A stretch of 64,000 nucleotides of DNA from Syntrophorhabdaceae bacterium (lineage in GTDB: Bacteria > Desulfobacterota > Syntrophorhabdia > Syntrophorhabdales > Syntrophorhabdaceae). Shown here piece after piece: positions 8,906-18,921 of the stretch. A program made the position numbers and the translations under genes. The stretch lies in assembly GCA_963665295.1 (NCBI GenBank), contig OY762209.1:2304001-2368000 (forward strand). The letters are read 5' to 3'. Numbering within the stretch: the first letter of the stretch is position 1; every line of letters begins with the position of its first letter. The notes below the pieces were generated by a model, which searched no databases, was not told the DNA's origin, and saw nothing but the letters and a program-made list of their open reading frames with translations.

Positions 8906-10969
8906 CTACCTGTCAACCTCTATCTTGACATCTACTGCCGTGGCCCATTTGCCGTCCTCGTGCACGATAAGAGGGTTTATATCGAGGTTCCTTATTTCAG
9001 GGTGATCGATGAGGAGACGCGAGACCCCCGAGAGCGCGGTTGTCAGGGCCGTTATGTCCGCCCGGGGACGGCCCCGTGCACCTTTCAGGATGGGGGCTCC
9101 CTGGATACTGTTCACCATCTCCATTGCCGTCTCCGGATCGACCGGAACGAGACGAATCGCGGCATCCCGTAGTATTTCGACGAAAATGCCACCCAGGCCG
9201 AAGAGAACCACGTGACCGAATTCCTGGTCCCGTTTCCCGCCGATAATGACCTCCGTTCCTGAAGAGGCCATCTTCTGAATAAGGCACCTTTCTCCTCCTA
9301 TCCCGGTCCAGGCATGGCCGAGGGCCGCTTCATCCGTGATATCCAACACCACGCCGTTTTTTTCGCTCTTATGGAGTATGGAAGGTGACTCTATCTTCAT
9401 CGCCACCGGGTAGCCCATCTTAGCCGCAAGGAGTCTGGCCCCGTCGAGGTCCTTCGCCACCCCTGAGGGTAAAACGGAGAGGCCGTATGCTTCGAGGAGG
9501 GAAAACGCCTCGGGCGAACCAAGGATTCGCGAGGGACCCGCGGCCTTGCGCGGCTGCCGGGCACGCAAGGCTTTCGTGGAGGAGCCGGTCAGGCGCGCAT
9601 GAGCCCGGGACTTTTTGTCGGCAAAGGCGAAATGGTCTCTCGACTCCGCGAGGGCCCTCAATGCGTAGTCAACGTCACCAAAAATGGGGAAATCGACTGC
9701 TTTCCTGATGATGGGCCACTGGTCCCTGTTGCAGGCGAGGCAAAGGGCGGCGGGCTTTCCGTACCGGGCTACCTGTTCTGACGCGTTACCGATAAAGTTC
9801 CGGACCTTCAGGCCGTCGCTTTCGGAACTGTAGGTAACCACGTAAAGGACGCCGTCGGCAGCCTCCTCCGCGAGGGCCCGGTCCATGATCTCCGAATAGG
9901 AGGCAAGGTCGTATATGTCGCCCACGTCAACGGGATTGGTGGTTCTTATGACATTGATCTTCTTTTCTTTTACGGCGGAGAAGAAATTCTCGGAAAGAGG
10001 GGCAAGCTCAAAACCGTGACGGTGAACCCCATCCGCCGAGAGGACTCCGTGGCCTCCGGAACGGGTGATGACGGCGAGGCGCGGGCCTTTTGCGAGGGGG
10101 AGGCTGAAGATCTTGAAGGCATCGATCATCTGTGCCAGGCTCTCGACCTGGTGTACACCCGCTTCCCTGAGGGCCGCCTCCGCCACCCGGTCATCCCCTG
10201 CGAGGGCTGCGGTGTGGAACCTTGCGATCTCCCTTCCCGTGGGGCTTCTGTTCGCCTTCAAGAGCACGATCGGCTTGTCGGTGGACGATGCGATCTCGAT
10301 GAGGCGCCTGCCGTCGGAGAAGTCTTCGAGATAAAGCCCGATCACGGAAGTGCCCGGGTCGGAGATAAGGTATTCGAGACATTCGTTCTCGTCAAGGAGG
10401 AGCTTGTTCCCTATGCTTACGAGTTTGTTGAGGCCCAGATTTTCGCATGACGCGATCATGCACGTGTCGTAGAGTATCCCGCCGCTCTGGGATATGAGGG
10501 ATATTCCCCCTGTCCGCATATACCCGGGATCGAAAATGAAGAAAGGGAGGACAAGGCGCGCTTCAAGGTTGATCACGCCGAAGCAATTGGGTCCGATCAC
10601 TTTCATATCCCACTTTGCGCTGATCTGCCGGATTTCTTCCTCCAGCGTCTTCTTGGAGTCGCTCAGTTCGGAAAAACCTCCCGATTCCAGAATAACATGG
10701 CGGATGCCTTTTCTGCCGCACTGTTCAAGGGTCTCAGGGATGCGGACCGCGGGGATGAGTTGGACCGCGAGGTCCGGGACGCTATCCGCCTCATCGATGG
10801 TGGGGATGATCCTGCTTCCCCCTACGGCCCCTTTTCCTTTTCCCACGGGGTAGACCTTTCCCCCGAACCCGAAGCGTTCAAGATTTTCGATGATGATACG
10901 GGCCATGTTGGAAGGGGTATCGGAAACTCCGAAAACCGCCACGCTTCCGGGGTAGAAGAAATTTCTCAT
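8906..10969 (-). CDS. Acetate/acyl-CoA ligase (ADP-forming), fused alpha-beta
   Basis: CoA-binding PxSVAVFG, SGGFSE, GPNCFG, SQSGG, SIGNK, phospho-His motif FHTAALAG, ATP-grasp GYPVAMK...HKSE..GV and LDINPL. Confidence 0.92.
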   Translation of the reverse strand: MRNFFYPGSVAVFGVSDTPSNMARIIIENLERFGFGGKVYPVGKGKGAVGGSRIIPTIDEADSVPDLAVQLIPAVRIPETLEQCGRKGIRHVILESGGFSELSDSKKTLEEEIRQISAKWDMKVIGPNCFGVINLEARLVLPFFIFDPGYMRTGGISLISQSGGILYDTCMIASCENLGLNKLVSIGNKLLLDENECLEYLISDPGTSVIGLYLEDFSDGRRLIEIASSTDKPIVLLKANRSPTGREIARFHTAALAGDDRVAEAALREAGVHQVESLAQMIDAFKIFSLPLAKGPRLAVITRSGGHGVLSADGVHRHGFELAPLSENFFSAVKEKKINVIRTTNPVDVGDIYDLASYSEIMDRALAEEAADGVLYVVTYSSESDGLKVRNFIGNASEQVARYGKPAALCLACNRDQWPIIRKAVDFPIFGDVDYALRALAESRDHFAFADKKSRAHARLTGSSTKALRARQPRKAAGPSRILGSPEAFSLLEAYGLSVLPSGVAKDLDGARLLAAKMGYPVAMKIESPSILHKSEKNGVVLDITDEAALGHAWTGIGGERCLIQKMASSGTEVIIGGKRDQEFGHVVLFGLGGIFVEILRDAAIRLVPVDPETAMEMVNSIQGAPILKGARGRPRADITALTTALSGVSRLLIDHPEIRNLDINPLIVHEDGKWATAVDVKIEVDR

Positions 10970-11254
10970 TGTGATCTCCTGGGTGGTTTCGTCTTCACGG
11001 CAATATAATACCGATATTCAGAACTGGAACACAAAGGTTTTCGCACCGTCGGGAAACAGGACGATTCCGACGATCCTCTATACGGACGCAGTGGATGGTG
11101 ATGATTAATGACCATAATTACGGATAAAAAGATACGTGAGAGAGTAACAGCGAATATTGAGGATAAAATAGTGCTTGAAATACGGACTGGGGAGAACTAC
11201 TTTAGTCATAGGAGTTGATACATGTAACGCTATTATATGAAGGAGGGACCTCAC

Positions 11255-11650
11255 ATGTCCGCTGAAGTGAAATCAAGGGTCGACGAAACCCCGAAAGAGA
11301 TTCTACTCAATGCCGTAAAGGCCATTCAAGGCGCCCAGGAGTACCTGAGTAAAGCCACCGAGGCAACCTACGGCTATGACCCGGAAATAGTTACACAGAT
11401 CCGCGTCGAGCGCGAGTCCCTCGATGCCTTCCTGACTCAATTGTCCCATGCGGGGACGATCACCGATGATGATCTTTTTGCCAAAGCCACGGGAGCGTTG
11501 AAACTCCAGGCTCCGTCGCTTCACGCGGTGAGCGACCAGGTCAAAAAGACGGCCAGCGATATCGCCACGGCGCCGGGCGTTTCCGGCTACATGGAACAGA
11601 CGGTGACGTTTATCCAACAGGCCGCGATTTTTATCTCGGAATTGCCATAG
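11255..11650 (+). CDS. Hypothetical alpha-helical protein
   Basis: AAGGAGG RBS before ATG 11255; protein-like composition; family not recognised. Confidence 0.65.
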   Translation: MSAEVKSRVDETPKEILLNAVKAIQGAQEYLSKATEATYGYDPEIVTQIRVERESLDAFLTQLSHAGTITDDDLFAKATGALKLQAPSLHAVSDQVKKTASDIATAPGVSGYMEQTVTFIQQAAIFISELP

Positions 11651-11727
11651 CCGGGAAGCGATTGCGGGGAAGGGCAGCGAGACCGGTTTAAGAGACAACG
11701 AAACTTAATAGAAGAGGAGGAATCATA

Positions 11728-11976
11728 ATGGCCACATTCAAAGTCATATACAGGAACAAACTCAACGGCGACGGTGAACCCTGCGAGTTTCCCGCCGACA
11801 AACTCAATGCGAACCGTGTAATAATCGAGTCCTACGGGATTGAAAAGAGAGAAATCAGAGAGGGCGAGAATTTCGCCCGGGAAACCTGGGGGTACGAAGT
11901 TCCGGACAAAGACGCCGATCGCTTTGCCGAGGGGCTGAAGACTACGCCCACTATTATCGAGTTTGAGAGGCAGTAA
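11728..11976 (+). CDS. Small hypothetical protein
   Basis: GAGGAGG RBS; 82 aa; family not recognised. Confidence 0.65.
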   Translation: MATFKVIYRNKLNGDGEPCEFPADKLNANRVIIESYGIEKREIREGENFARETWGYEVPDKDADRFAEGLKTTPTIIEFERQ

Positions 11977-12237
11977 ACCGCGGTAAAGATGAAGCCGGGC
12001 GGCGCCCGCGGATACAAGGCGTCGCCCGCCGGTCACAAGATGAGCCGCCGGACCGGCATCCCTTTCCCGACGCGCTAATCCGTTGCCCATGGATCCGCGG
12101 GTCATTCCTCATGGATCATCCTGCATGCCGTGCATTAGAGGGTCCTCAATAATTCCATTAAGTTATTGGATTAATTCTATTAGCTCATGTATATTGGTTT
12201 TGAACACTTTGGGGTTTACCAATAATAAGGAGGGTAC

Positions 12238-13530
12238 ATGGCTAACGATTATACGGAAATGTGGAGTTCTTTGGGGCTCAATCTCGAAGCCCATAACGGA
12301 TTGCTCGCGGTGCTCTCCGACGCATATCAGAATATCTACCTGTCCCAAAAGAACAGGCCCGTCGGCATGGAATACTTCGACTTCGTCGTTTCGGAGGTCC
12401 ACGGCCAGAGAGTCGTGGAGATACTGAAGGACAAGATCGCGGGAAAACCCGTAGTAGGCACCTTTTGCATTTACGTGCCGGAAGAGCTGATCCTTGCAGT
12501 GGACGGTGTCGCCATCGGCCTGTGCGCCGGGGCGGATGTTGGCGGGGAAGAAGCGGAAAGATACCTGCCCAGGAACACCTGCGCCCTTATCAAGGCATTC
12601 ATGGGTTTCAAGCTCGCAGGCCTCTGCCCGTACATCGAGTCAGCCGACCTTGTGGTGGGCGAAACCACCTGCGACGGCAAGAAGAAGGCCTATGAGATCC
12701 TTAATGAGATCACGGGGAAAGTGCATGTCATGGAGTTGCCTCATATGAAGGGCGAGGATGGGGCGCATCTCTGGAGGAAGGAGATCAAAAAACTCGCAGG
12801 CAGACTGTCTGAAATCACGAAAAGGGAAATCACCCTCGACGGCCTGAGGCAGGCCGTGAGGATAGTGAATGAAAAAAGGGAAGCCCTCCGAAGGCTCGCC
12901 GGTCTGAGGGCCCACGACCCTTCGCCCATCTCCGGCCTCGACGCACTCCTCATAAACCAGATCTCCTTCTATGACGACCCCCTTCGTTTTACTGCGAAAC
13001 TCAATACGCTGTGTGATGAGCTTGACGAGAGGGTACGCTCGGGGGTGGGCGTCACCGCCAAGGGCGCTCCGCGGCTCCTTGTCTCCGGTTCCCCTATGGC
13101 CATTCCCAACTGGAAACTCCATTTCCTGGTGGAGAGCAGCGGGGCCGTGGTAGTGGGGGAAGAAGCATGCGTGGGAGAGAGAAACTATTCGACCGTCCTC
13201 GGAGAAGATTTTTCTTCAGTCGAAGAAGCCATGGCGAGGATGGCCGATCGTTCCTTATCCATAAACTGCGCCTGTTTTACCCCGAACGACGAGAGACTGA
13301 CGGATATCCGCATGATGGCGGAGCGGCTCCACGCTGACGGCGTTGTCCACTATGCCCTGCAGTTCTGCACTCCCTACATGATCGAAGCCTATAAAGTCAG
13401 AAACACGGCCGAGTCGGCGAATGTGCCTTTCCTTAAGATCGAGACCGACTATAGCATGGAAGACATGGGGCAGCTCAAAACACGGGTGGAGGCGTTTATC
13501 GAAATGGTGAAGGATGGTCGGGGACGTTGA
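12238..13530 (+). CDS. Double-cubane-cluster protein (DCCP)-like member of the 2-hydroxyacyl-CoA dehydratase (HgdB/FldB) family
   Basis: N-terminus MW..LGLNLEAH...RP.GMEYFDFVVSEVHG; Cys motifs GTFC, GLCAG, PRNTC, GETTCDGKKK, EEAC, INCAC, LQFC; C-terminal IETDYS.ED.GQLKTRVEAFIEM. Confidence 0.88.
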   Translation: MANDYTEMWSSLGLNLEAHNGLLAVLSDAYQNIYLSQKNRPVGMEYFDFVVSEVHGQRVVEILKDKIAGKPVVGTFCIYVPEELILAVDGVAIGLCAGADVGGEEAERYLPRNTCALIKAFMGFKLAGLCPYIESADLVVGETTCDGKKKAYEILNEITGKVHVMELPHMKGEDGAHLWRKEIKKLAGRLSEITKREITLDGLRQAVRIVNEKREALRRLAGLRAHDPSPISGLDALLINQISFYDDPLRFTAKLNTLCDELDERVRSGVGVTAKGAPRLLVSGSPMAIPNWKLHFLVESSGAVVVGEEACVGERNYSTVLGEDFSSVEEAMARMADRSLSINCACFTPNDERLTDIRMMAERLHADGVVHYALQFCTPYMIEAYKVRNTAESANVPFLKIETDYSMEDMGQLKTRVEAFIEMVKDGRGR

Positions 13531-14270
13531 AGGCCGCCGGTATCGATATAGGTTCACGGTACATCAAGTACGCCGTGCAGGAAGAGGGTAAGGAGACCGT
13601 TTTTTTCGTGAAGGAGACGGGATACGACCCCTTGTCCGTATGCAGGGAGTTTCTTGCCGCAACCGCGCCCGATCGTCTGCTCGCCACCGGCTACGGCAGG
13701 CATCTCCTGGAAAGCGACATGGGCGTGGCGACGATCACGGAAATCAAGGCCGTGGCAAAAGGAGCCAGGAAGGTGTTTCCTTCCTGCAGGACCATCATCG
13801 ATATCGGAGGGCAGGACACGAAAGTGATCGAGCTTGACGCACAGGGCATTATTACAAACTTCGAGATGAACGACCGCTGCGCGGCAGGGACGGGCAAGTT
13901 TCTTGAAATCATGGCCCACGCCCTCGGATTTACGATAGAGGACTTCGGCCGCCATTGCCGGGACGACGGGCATATCACCATAAACAGCCTGTGCGCCGTT
14001 TTCGCGGAGTCCGAGGTTATAAGCCTCATTGCAAAAGGCATCGAGAGGGAGGCTATAGCCACCGCCCTCCACAACTCGGTCCTCAACAGGCTCGTTCCCC
14101 TGATACAAAGGGTTGGTGTGGAGGAAGACGTGGTCTTTGCGGGCGGATGCACCCGGAACCCATTCCTTAAACAAGCCCTTCAGGAGCGCCTCCGGGTAGA
14201 GGTGCACGTCCATGAGCACTCCCCCATGCTGAGCGCTTTGGGCGCCTCCCTCTACGCGGCAGGACGGTAA
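13527..14270 (+). CDS. ASKHA-fold [4Fe-4S] ATP-dependent activase/reductase (HgdC/BadFG/DCCP-R type)
   Basis: GIDIGS, ATGYGR, DIGGQDTK, MNDRCAAGTG, SLCAVFAESE; TTG start overlaps the upstream stop (TTGA). Confidence 0.92.
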   Translation: MKAAGIDIGSRYIKYAVQEEGKETVFFVKETGYDPLSVCREFLAATAPDRLLATGYGRHLLESDMGVATITEIKAVAKGARKVFPSCRTIIDIGGQDTKVIELDAQGIITNFEMNDRCAAGTGKFLEIMAHALGFTIEDFGRHCRDDGHITINSLCAVFAESEVISLIAKGIEREAIATALHNSVLNRLVPLIQRVGVEEDVVFAGGCTRNPFLKQALQERLRVEVHVHEHSPMLSALGASLYAAGR

Positions 14271-14497
14271 AGGGCCGGGATTTCCCGCTCGAACGCCACG
14301 GGATCCCCTCAGATGACCCCAAGGGCGAAACGATTTTTCTCCCGTTCCACGGAAAGCCTGCACAATCCCGGTTGACATTGAAGGTCCGTTGGGTGGTAAA
14401 TATTGATTGTGCGGTCACGACCTTCAGGGAGCCTTGATCGGGCCGCCGTGTGCTCCGCGTCCGGGCGGCGCGTTCAAACCCAAATTGAGGAGGATAT

Positions 14498-14683
14498 ATG
14501 CCTATAGTGCAAGTGCACATGATCGAGGGAAGAACAGTAGAACAGAAGAGGAAGCTTGTAACGGAGATGACCCGGGTTATGGTGGACACGCTGGGTGTCA
14601 AACCGGAGGACGTGCGCATTATCCTGCAGGAAATGGCAAAACACGACTATTCCGTGGCCGGTACCCTGTTCATAGACAGGTAG
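14498..14683 (+). CDS. 4-oxalocrotonate tautomerase family protein
   Basis: 61 aa, MPIVQVHMIEGRTVEQKRKLV with catalytic Pro1; GAGGAGG RBS. Confidence 0.93.
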   Translation: MPIVQVHMIEGRTVEQKRKLVTEMTRVMVDTLGVKPEDVRIILQEMAKHDYSVAGTLFIDR

Positions 14684-15148
14684 GACATCCGGGAAAAGGA
14701 GAAGTCGCGGCGGCGGTCCTACGCGAGACGTAGAGCGGATGATGGGCGCCGGAGGCTGCCGGGGGGCGTATCGGGCCGTAAGCGATGAGGCGTCGCCCCT
14801 TGGCCGCCCGCCCGGAGGTCGCCCCCGGAAGATAGTCCCGTTCATAGTATCCTTATGAATTTCCGTATTTTTTACGTGTGCGCCGAAACCGTCTTGAAAT
14901 CGTAATAGCGTTTTGACAGTGGACCGTATTTATGATAACTTTTCATATGTTTTGCCTGTCAAAATACCGCGTCTGCTTCATCTGCCATTACCCTGATAAC
15001 ATTATTGAATCTGCCTTTAAAAGAATACCGTAAAAACTGATCTTCATTTCATGACCATAGAAGAATGTCTTTGCATTTTCCCGTGGTGATGAACATTATT
15101 GCAGACGCAGGCCTGCCGGAAATACGATCCAATGAGGAATATATAGAT

Positions 15149-15811
15149 ATGGAAAACAAAGACAAAGGAGCGCATGAGATGACGAGGGTGGTTTCCTCCG
15201 TAAGCGAAGGACCATTCGAAGAGATACATTATTATTGTGACAACAAGGAAGTAGCCGTCGAATTGTATGATAAGGACGGTGCTCTCGTACGGAAGTCAGG
15301 TATGATCCCCCAAGGCGTGGTGAGGGAGTTCTACGGGAACGGCGCCGTTAAAAAGGCAATCCATTACAAGGATGGCGATGCTCACGGCAAGGGCATTGAA
15401 TACTACCCCGAGGGTGAGGTATACGAGGAAAACACCTTCAGACGGGGGGTGCTGCACGGTTCTGCGAAGACATATCGCCGCGATGGCTTGCTCTGGATGG
15501 AGTCGGACTACAGGAATGGCAGACTCCATGGGGCATTTACAAGCTATCATGATAACGGGAATATCGAGACAAGGGCAGAGTACCGGAATGGAAAACTGCA
15601 CGGATCCTGCACAACCTACGACAGATATGGCGGTTTGGTGGATGAAGGGCTATACAACCGGGGCAGGAAACAGGGTAACCACAGGTCCTACTATGAAACG
15701 GGACACCTCGCCCGTATCGAGATATACGAAAAAGGGAAGCTCGTCTCTTGTGAAGAATTTGATGAGGACGGCAGGCCGATAATTGCGACGAAGCCCGGAA
15801 GGAAGCCCTAA
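15149..15811 (+). CDS. MORN-variant repeat protein (YwqK-type antitoxin family)
   Basis: Repeated Y.NG.LHG....Y..NG units; start may instead be 15179. Confidence 0.8.
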   Translation: MENKDKGAHEMTRVVSSVSEGPFEEIHYYCDNKEVAVELYDKDGALVRKSGMIPQGVVREFYGNGAVKKAIHYKDGDAHGKGIEYYPEGEVYEENTFRRGVLHGSAKTYRRDGLLWMESDYRNGRLHGAFTSYHDNGNIETRAEYRNGKLHGSCTTYDRYGGLVDEGLYNRGRKQGNHRSYYETGHLARIEIYEKGKLVSCEEFDEDGRPIIATKPGRKP

Positions 15812-16027
15812 GAAACCTTGCGGTGGAATTATGAAAAGAAGGAAATCCATATAGCACAGAATGATCGTCTCATGGGGAGGTATAGCGGGTCAGGCCCTGT
15901 TATCCGGATCAAACGGTCGTGTGCTGACAGTTCCGGGAAACAATAATACGGAATCTTCCCCTGGCGCCCTTGTATAGTACGGGCATCGATTATATAATCT
16001 CACATCTTAGTGACACAGGAGGCCTGT

Positions 16028-16645
16028 ATGTTCGCTATCGCGATAAACGGAAGTCCCCGCAAGGGAGGGAACACGGAAATCCTCTTAAAGGAGGTGCTGG
16101 GTCAGCTCAGCGAGGCCGGGTGGGAAACCGAGCTGGTGAAAGTCGGGGGTACAAGCATCCGAGGATGCATTGCGTGCAATATGTGCATGAAAAACAAGAA
16201 CCGTCTATGCGCGCAAAGTAAGGATAAGTTCAATGAGATCTTTGCGAAAATGGCGAAAGCCGATGCGATTATCTGCGGCTCACCCACATATTTTGCAGCC
16301 GTTTCCGCAGACCTGAAGGCATTGCTTGAACGGGCGGGTTTTGTAGCCCTGGCGAACGGAAACGTCTTCGCGGGAAAGATAGGAGCTGCGGCCGTCGCTG
16401 TTCGGCGGGGTGGCGCCACCCATGCATTCGATACCATCAATCACATGTTCCAGATGTCGCGCATGATCATTCCGGGTTCCACGTATTGGAACATGGGCTT
16501 TGGTCTGGATAAGGGAGATGTCGGTGCCGACGAAGAAGGACTCAACAACATGCGCCACCTTGGGAAGACGATAGACTGGCTTGGCAAAGCGATTCAATCC
16601 AGCATTGCCCTTTATCCGGAATCCCCGTTTATCTCAAGCGAATAA
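16028..16645 (+). CDS. Iron-sulfur flavoprotein / NADPH-dependent FMN reductase family
   Basis: INGSPRKGGNT, CIACNMC-x7-C cluster motif, GSPTYF, RRGG; AGGAGG RBS. Confidence 0.9.
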   Translation: MFAIAINGSPRKGGNTEILLKEVLGQLSEAGWETELVKVGGTSIRGCIACNMCMKNKNRLCAQSKDKFNEIFAKMAKADAIICGSPTYFAAVSADLKALLERAGFVALANGNVFAGKIGAAAVAVRRGGATHAFDTINHMFQMSRMIIPGSTYWNMGFGLDKGDVGADEEGLNNMRHLGKTIDWLGKAIQSSIALYPESPFISSE

Positions 16646-16765
16646 TCTCCCGGGTACCTCAGCCGGGATTTCATGACCGGTACGGAACCCGGCTTCTATA
16701 GGGAACCGGGCCGGAACAGAAAAGAAACCTTTTTATCGGGGGACAGGGCGGCAACGTTGATGGGG

Positions 16766-18670
16766 TCAGCAAGGTAGGGACACTCGAAGGGTAAGCTCTC
16801 CGGGTTGATCGAGGCTCACTTCGATTGTGCCGCCAAGCTTATCCACGAGGGTCTTGGATAACGGAAGATCGACTATTTCCGACATCATCCTGCTCCACGT
16901 GAAAGGGTAAAAGAAATGTTCCACATCGTCGGGCGACATGGATGTAACGGGATACCGGATGATGAGGCCGAAGTTCCGCCCTTTGCGAGAGCTGGAAACC
17001 GTCAGTGTGCCTCCCTCCGGCATCTGGCTGAGGGCATTCTTCACCAGTACCTCGAGGGCGCGCTCCATCCGTGGCCGGTCGATGCAAATCTGCGGTATGC
17101 CGGGAGATAGTTGGAGATCCACGTGCATCTTCCGGTCCCGTATGCGGCTGTCCAGGCCCTTGAGCACAGTGGTAACCAGACTATTGGGATCCACCAGCGA
17201 CATGTTGAGGTCAAGGGGCTGGATGTAGCTCAGCATCATCCGGAGAATCGTCTCCATCCTGTCCACTTCTTTCACAATGATCTCCACCCTGGTTCTGTTG
17301 GGGTCATCGGGGCCCATGGAGGAAAAGATGCGGCGGGCGAACCCGCCTACCGACACGAGAGGGTTTCTGATTTCGTGGGCAAGGCGCGCCGACACCTCGC
17401 CGATAGTCTTGATCTCTTCGGCCCGTACGAGTTTCTCCTGGAGTTTTACCGTGTCTGTGACATCCATGATAAAGCCGTCTACGCTACCGACAAGACCGTT
17501 AGCCGAACGGACGGGGATGGCGTGTTCCATCACGTAAGTGATATAGCCGTCCTTACGCGTGACCCGGTACTCGGCGATGAACTCTTTGCCCTCCTGAAGG
17601 CTCTTCCTTCTCAGCTCCTCGACCCGCGGTCGGTCCTCCTGATAGACTTTTTCATACCATAGGTCGGGTGGGCCGAGGATTTCCCCACTTTGGAAACCGA
17701 ACATGTCCTCCACGACACGGTTCACGAATATTGTCTCTCCTGTCGGTCCCATCCGGTAGACCACAATGGGAACGTTTTCCACGAGAGTCCGGTACTTCTC
17801 TTCGGAGTTCAGAAGGTCGGCGGTGCGTTCCTCGAGGTGGGCTACCGCCTGTTTGTAATCCGTGACATCCCGGGCATAGATGGCAATCTGTGCGACCTCG
17901 CCCCGGGCATCCAGAATGGGGTAGAGATTATGGTCATAGGTCCTTCCCTGCTGTTCATCTTCAAAACGAACGGGCATCTTTGACTCGATCACCTGCCGCG
18001 CCCGCATCGTTCTCGACTGAGCCGTCCGGGCCGACATGAGATCGAAAATGCTTGTTCCCACGAGTTCATCGACGCTTTTGTGAAAGCGTGCTGCCGCCAC
18101 CGTGTTGGCGGCAAGGACCATGCCCCGCAGATCGTGAAGCAGGAACGTATCGGTAGGCGCGTTGAGGAGAGCGCGGGCGGTGTTTTCACTTTTGCTGAAC
18201 GCCTGCTCGGCGAGCTTGCGATCAGTTATGTCGCGGCCCTCGAAGATGAGGAAGACCACTTTTCCCGTCCCGTCTTTTACAGGCTTGAGAGAGAAGCCGA
18301 TGTACCTGGAAGTACCGTCAGGTCCTGCATGGGTGATTTCAAAATGGACAATCCCGCCATCCCCCGCGGTCTTTACCGCCTCGTGGAGTTGTTCCCGGAG
18401 TTCTTTCGAACGAGCCCAAAAGGGCGTCTCCCAACAGGGTTTGCCGAAAACATCCGATTCATCCATGCCCATGAATGCGAGGGCGGTCCTGTTGATCTCA
18501 AGACCCGTTCCGTCGGGCATCATGAGGCCGATAAGCTGATCCGAGTGATCGAACATGGCGCGGTATCTCGATTCCTTCTCCTTCATCTCCTCCTCGATCC
18601 GCAGGCGCTCCATTCCTTCTTTCTCCGGACCTTTGATCCCATGCTTCAATCCTTTGCGGGTTCGAGCCAT
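16766..18670 (-). CDS. Cytoplasmic 3xPAS histidine kinase-like protein with degenerate ATP-binding domain
   Basis: Three PAS/PAC units; HisKA AHEIRNPL; HATPase-like tail lacking DxGxG and GxGLG. Confidence 0.85.
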   Translation of the reverse strand: MARTRKGLKHGIKGPEKEGMERLRIEEEMKEKESRYRAMFDHSDQLIGLMMPDGTGLEINRTALAFMGMDESDVFGKPCWETPFWARSKELREQLHEAVKTAGDGGIVHFEITHAGPDGTSRYIGFSLKPVKDGTGKVVFLIFEGRDITDRKLAEQAFSKSENTARALLNAPTDTFLLHDLRGMVLAANTVAAARFHKSVDELVGTSIFDLMSARTAQSRTMRARQVIESKMPVRFEDEQQGRTYDHNLYPILDARGEVAQIAIYARDVTDYKQAVAHLEERTADLLNSEEKYRTLVENVPIVVYRMGPTGETIFVNRVVEDMFGFQSGEILGPPDLWYEKVYQEDRPRVEELRRKSLQEGKEFIAEYRVTRKDGYITYVMEHAIPVRSANGLVGSVDGFIMDVTDTVKLQEKLVRAEEIKTIGEVSARLAHEIRNPLVSVGGFARRIFSSMGPDDPNRTRVEIIVKEVDRMETILRMMLSYIQPLDLNMSLVDPNSLVTTVLKGLDSRIRDRKMHVDLQLSPGIPQICIDRPRMERALEVLVKNALSQMPEGGTLTVSSSRKGRNFGLIIRYPVTSMSPDDVEHFFYPFTWSRMMSEIVDLPLSKTLVDKLGGTIEVSLDQPGELTLRVSLPC

Positions 18671-18921
18671 CAGTGTTCCCCCAAGGTCCCGGCATGCCGG
18701 GTATATTCCCTTTTATATCCTATTCTACACCAGAATCGTTCCCTTTGCATGGTGGGGGATATTTTGCTCCTCGTGGACCCGCGCCCGCGTATCCGGATAA
18801 TTATCGCTGATATGGGGTTTGTCTTTCTTCGAGCCTGCCCACCGGGACTTCAGTAATACTTGTGTTCAAAAAGATGCTGCCGGCCCGGCCTTGCGAATCG
18901 CCTCATGGGCCTTTGTTTTTG

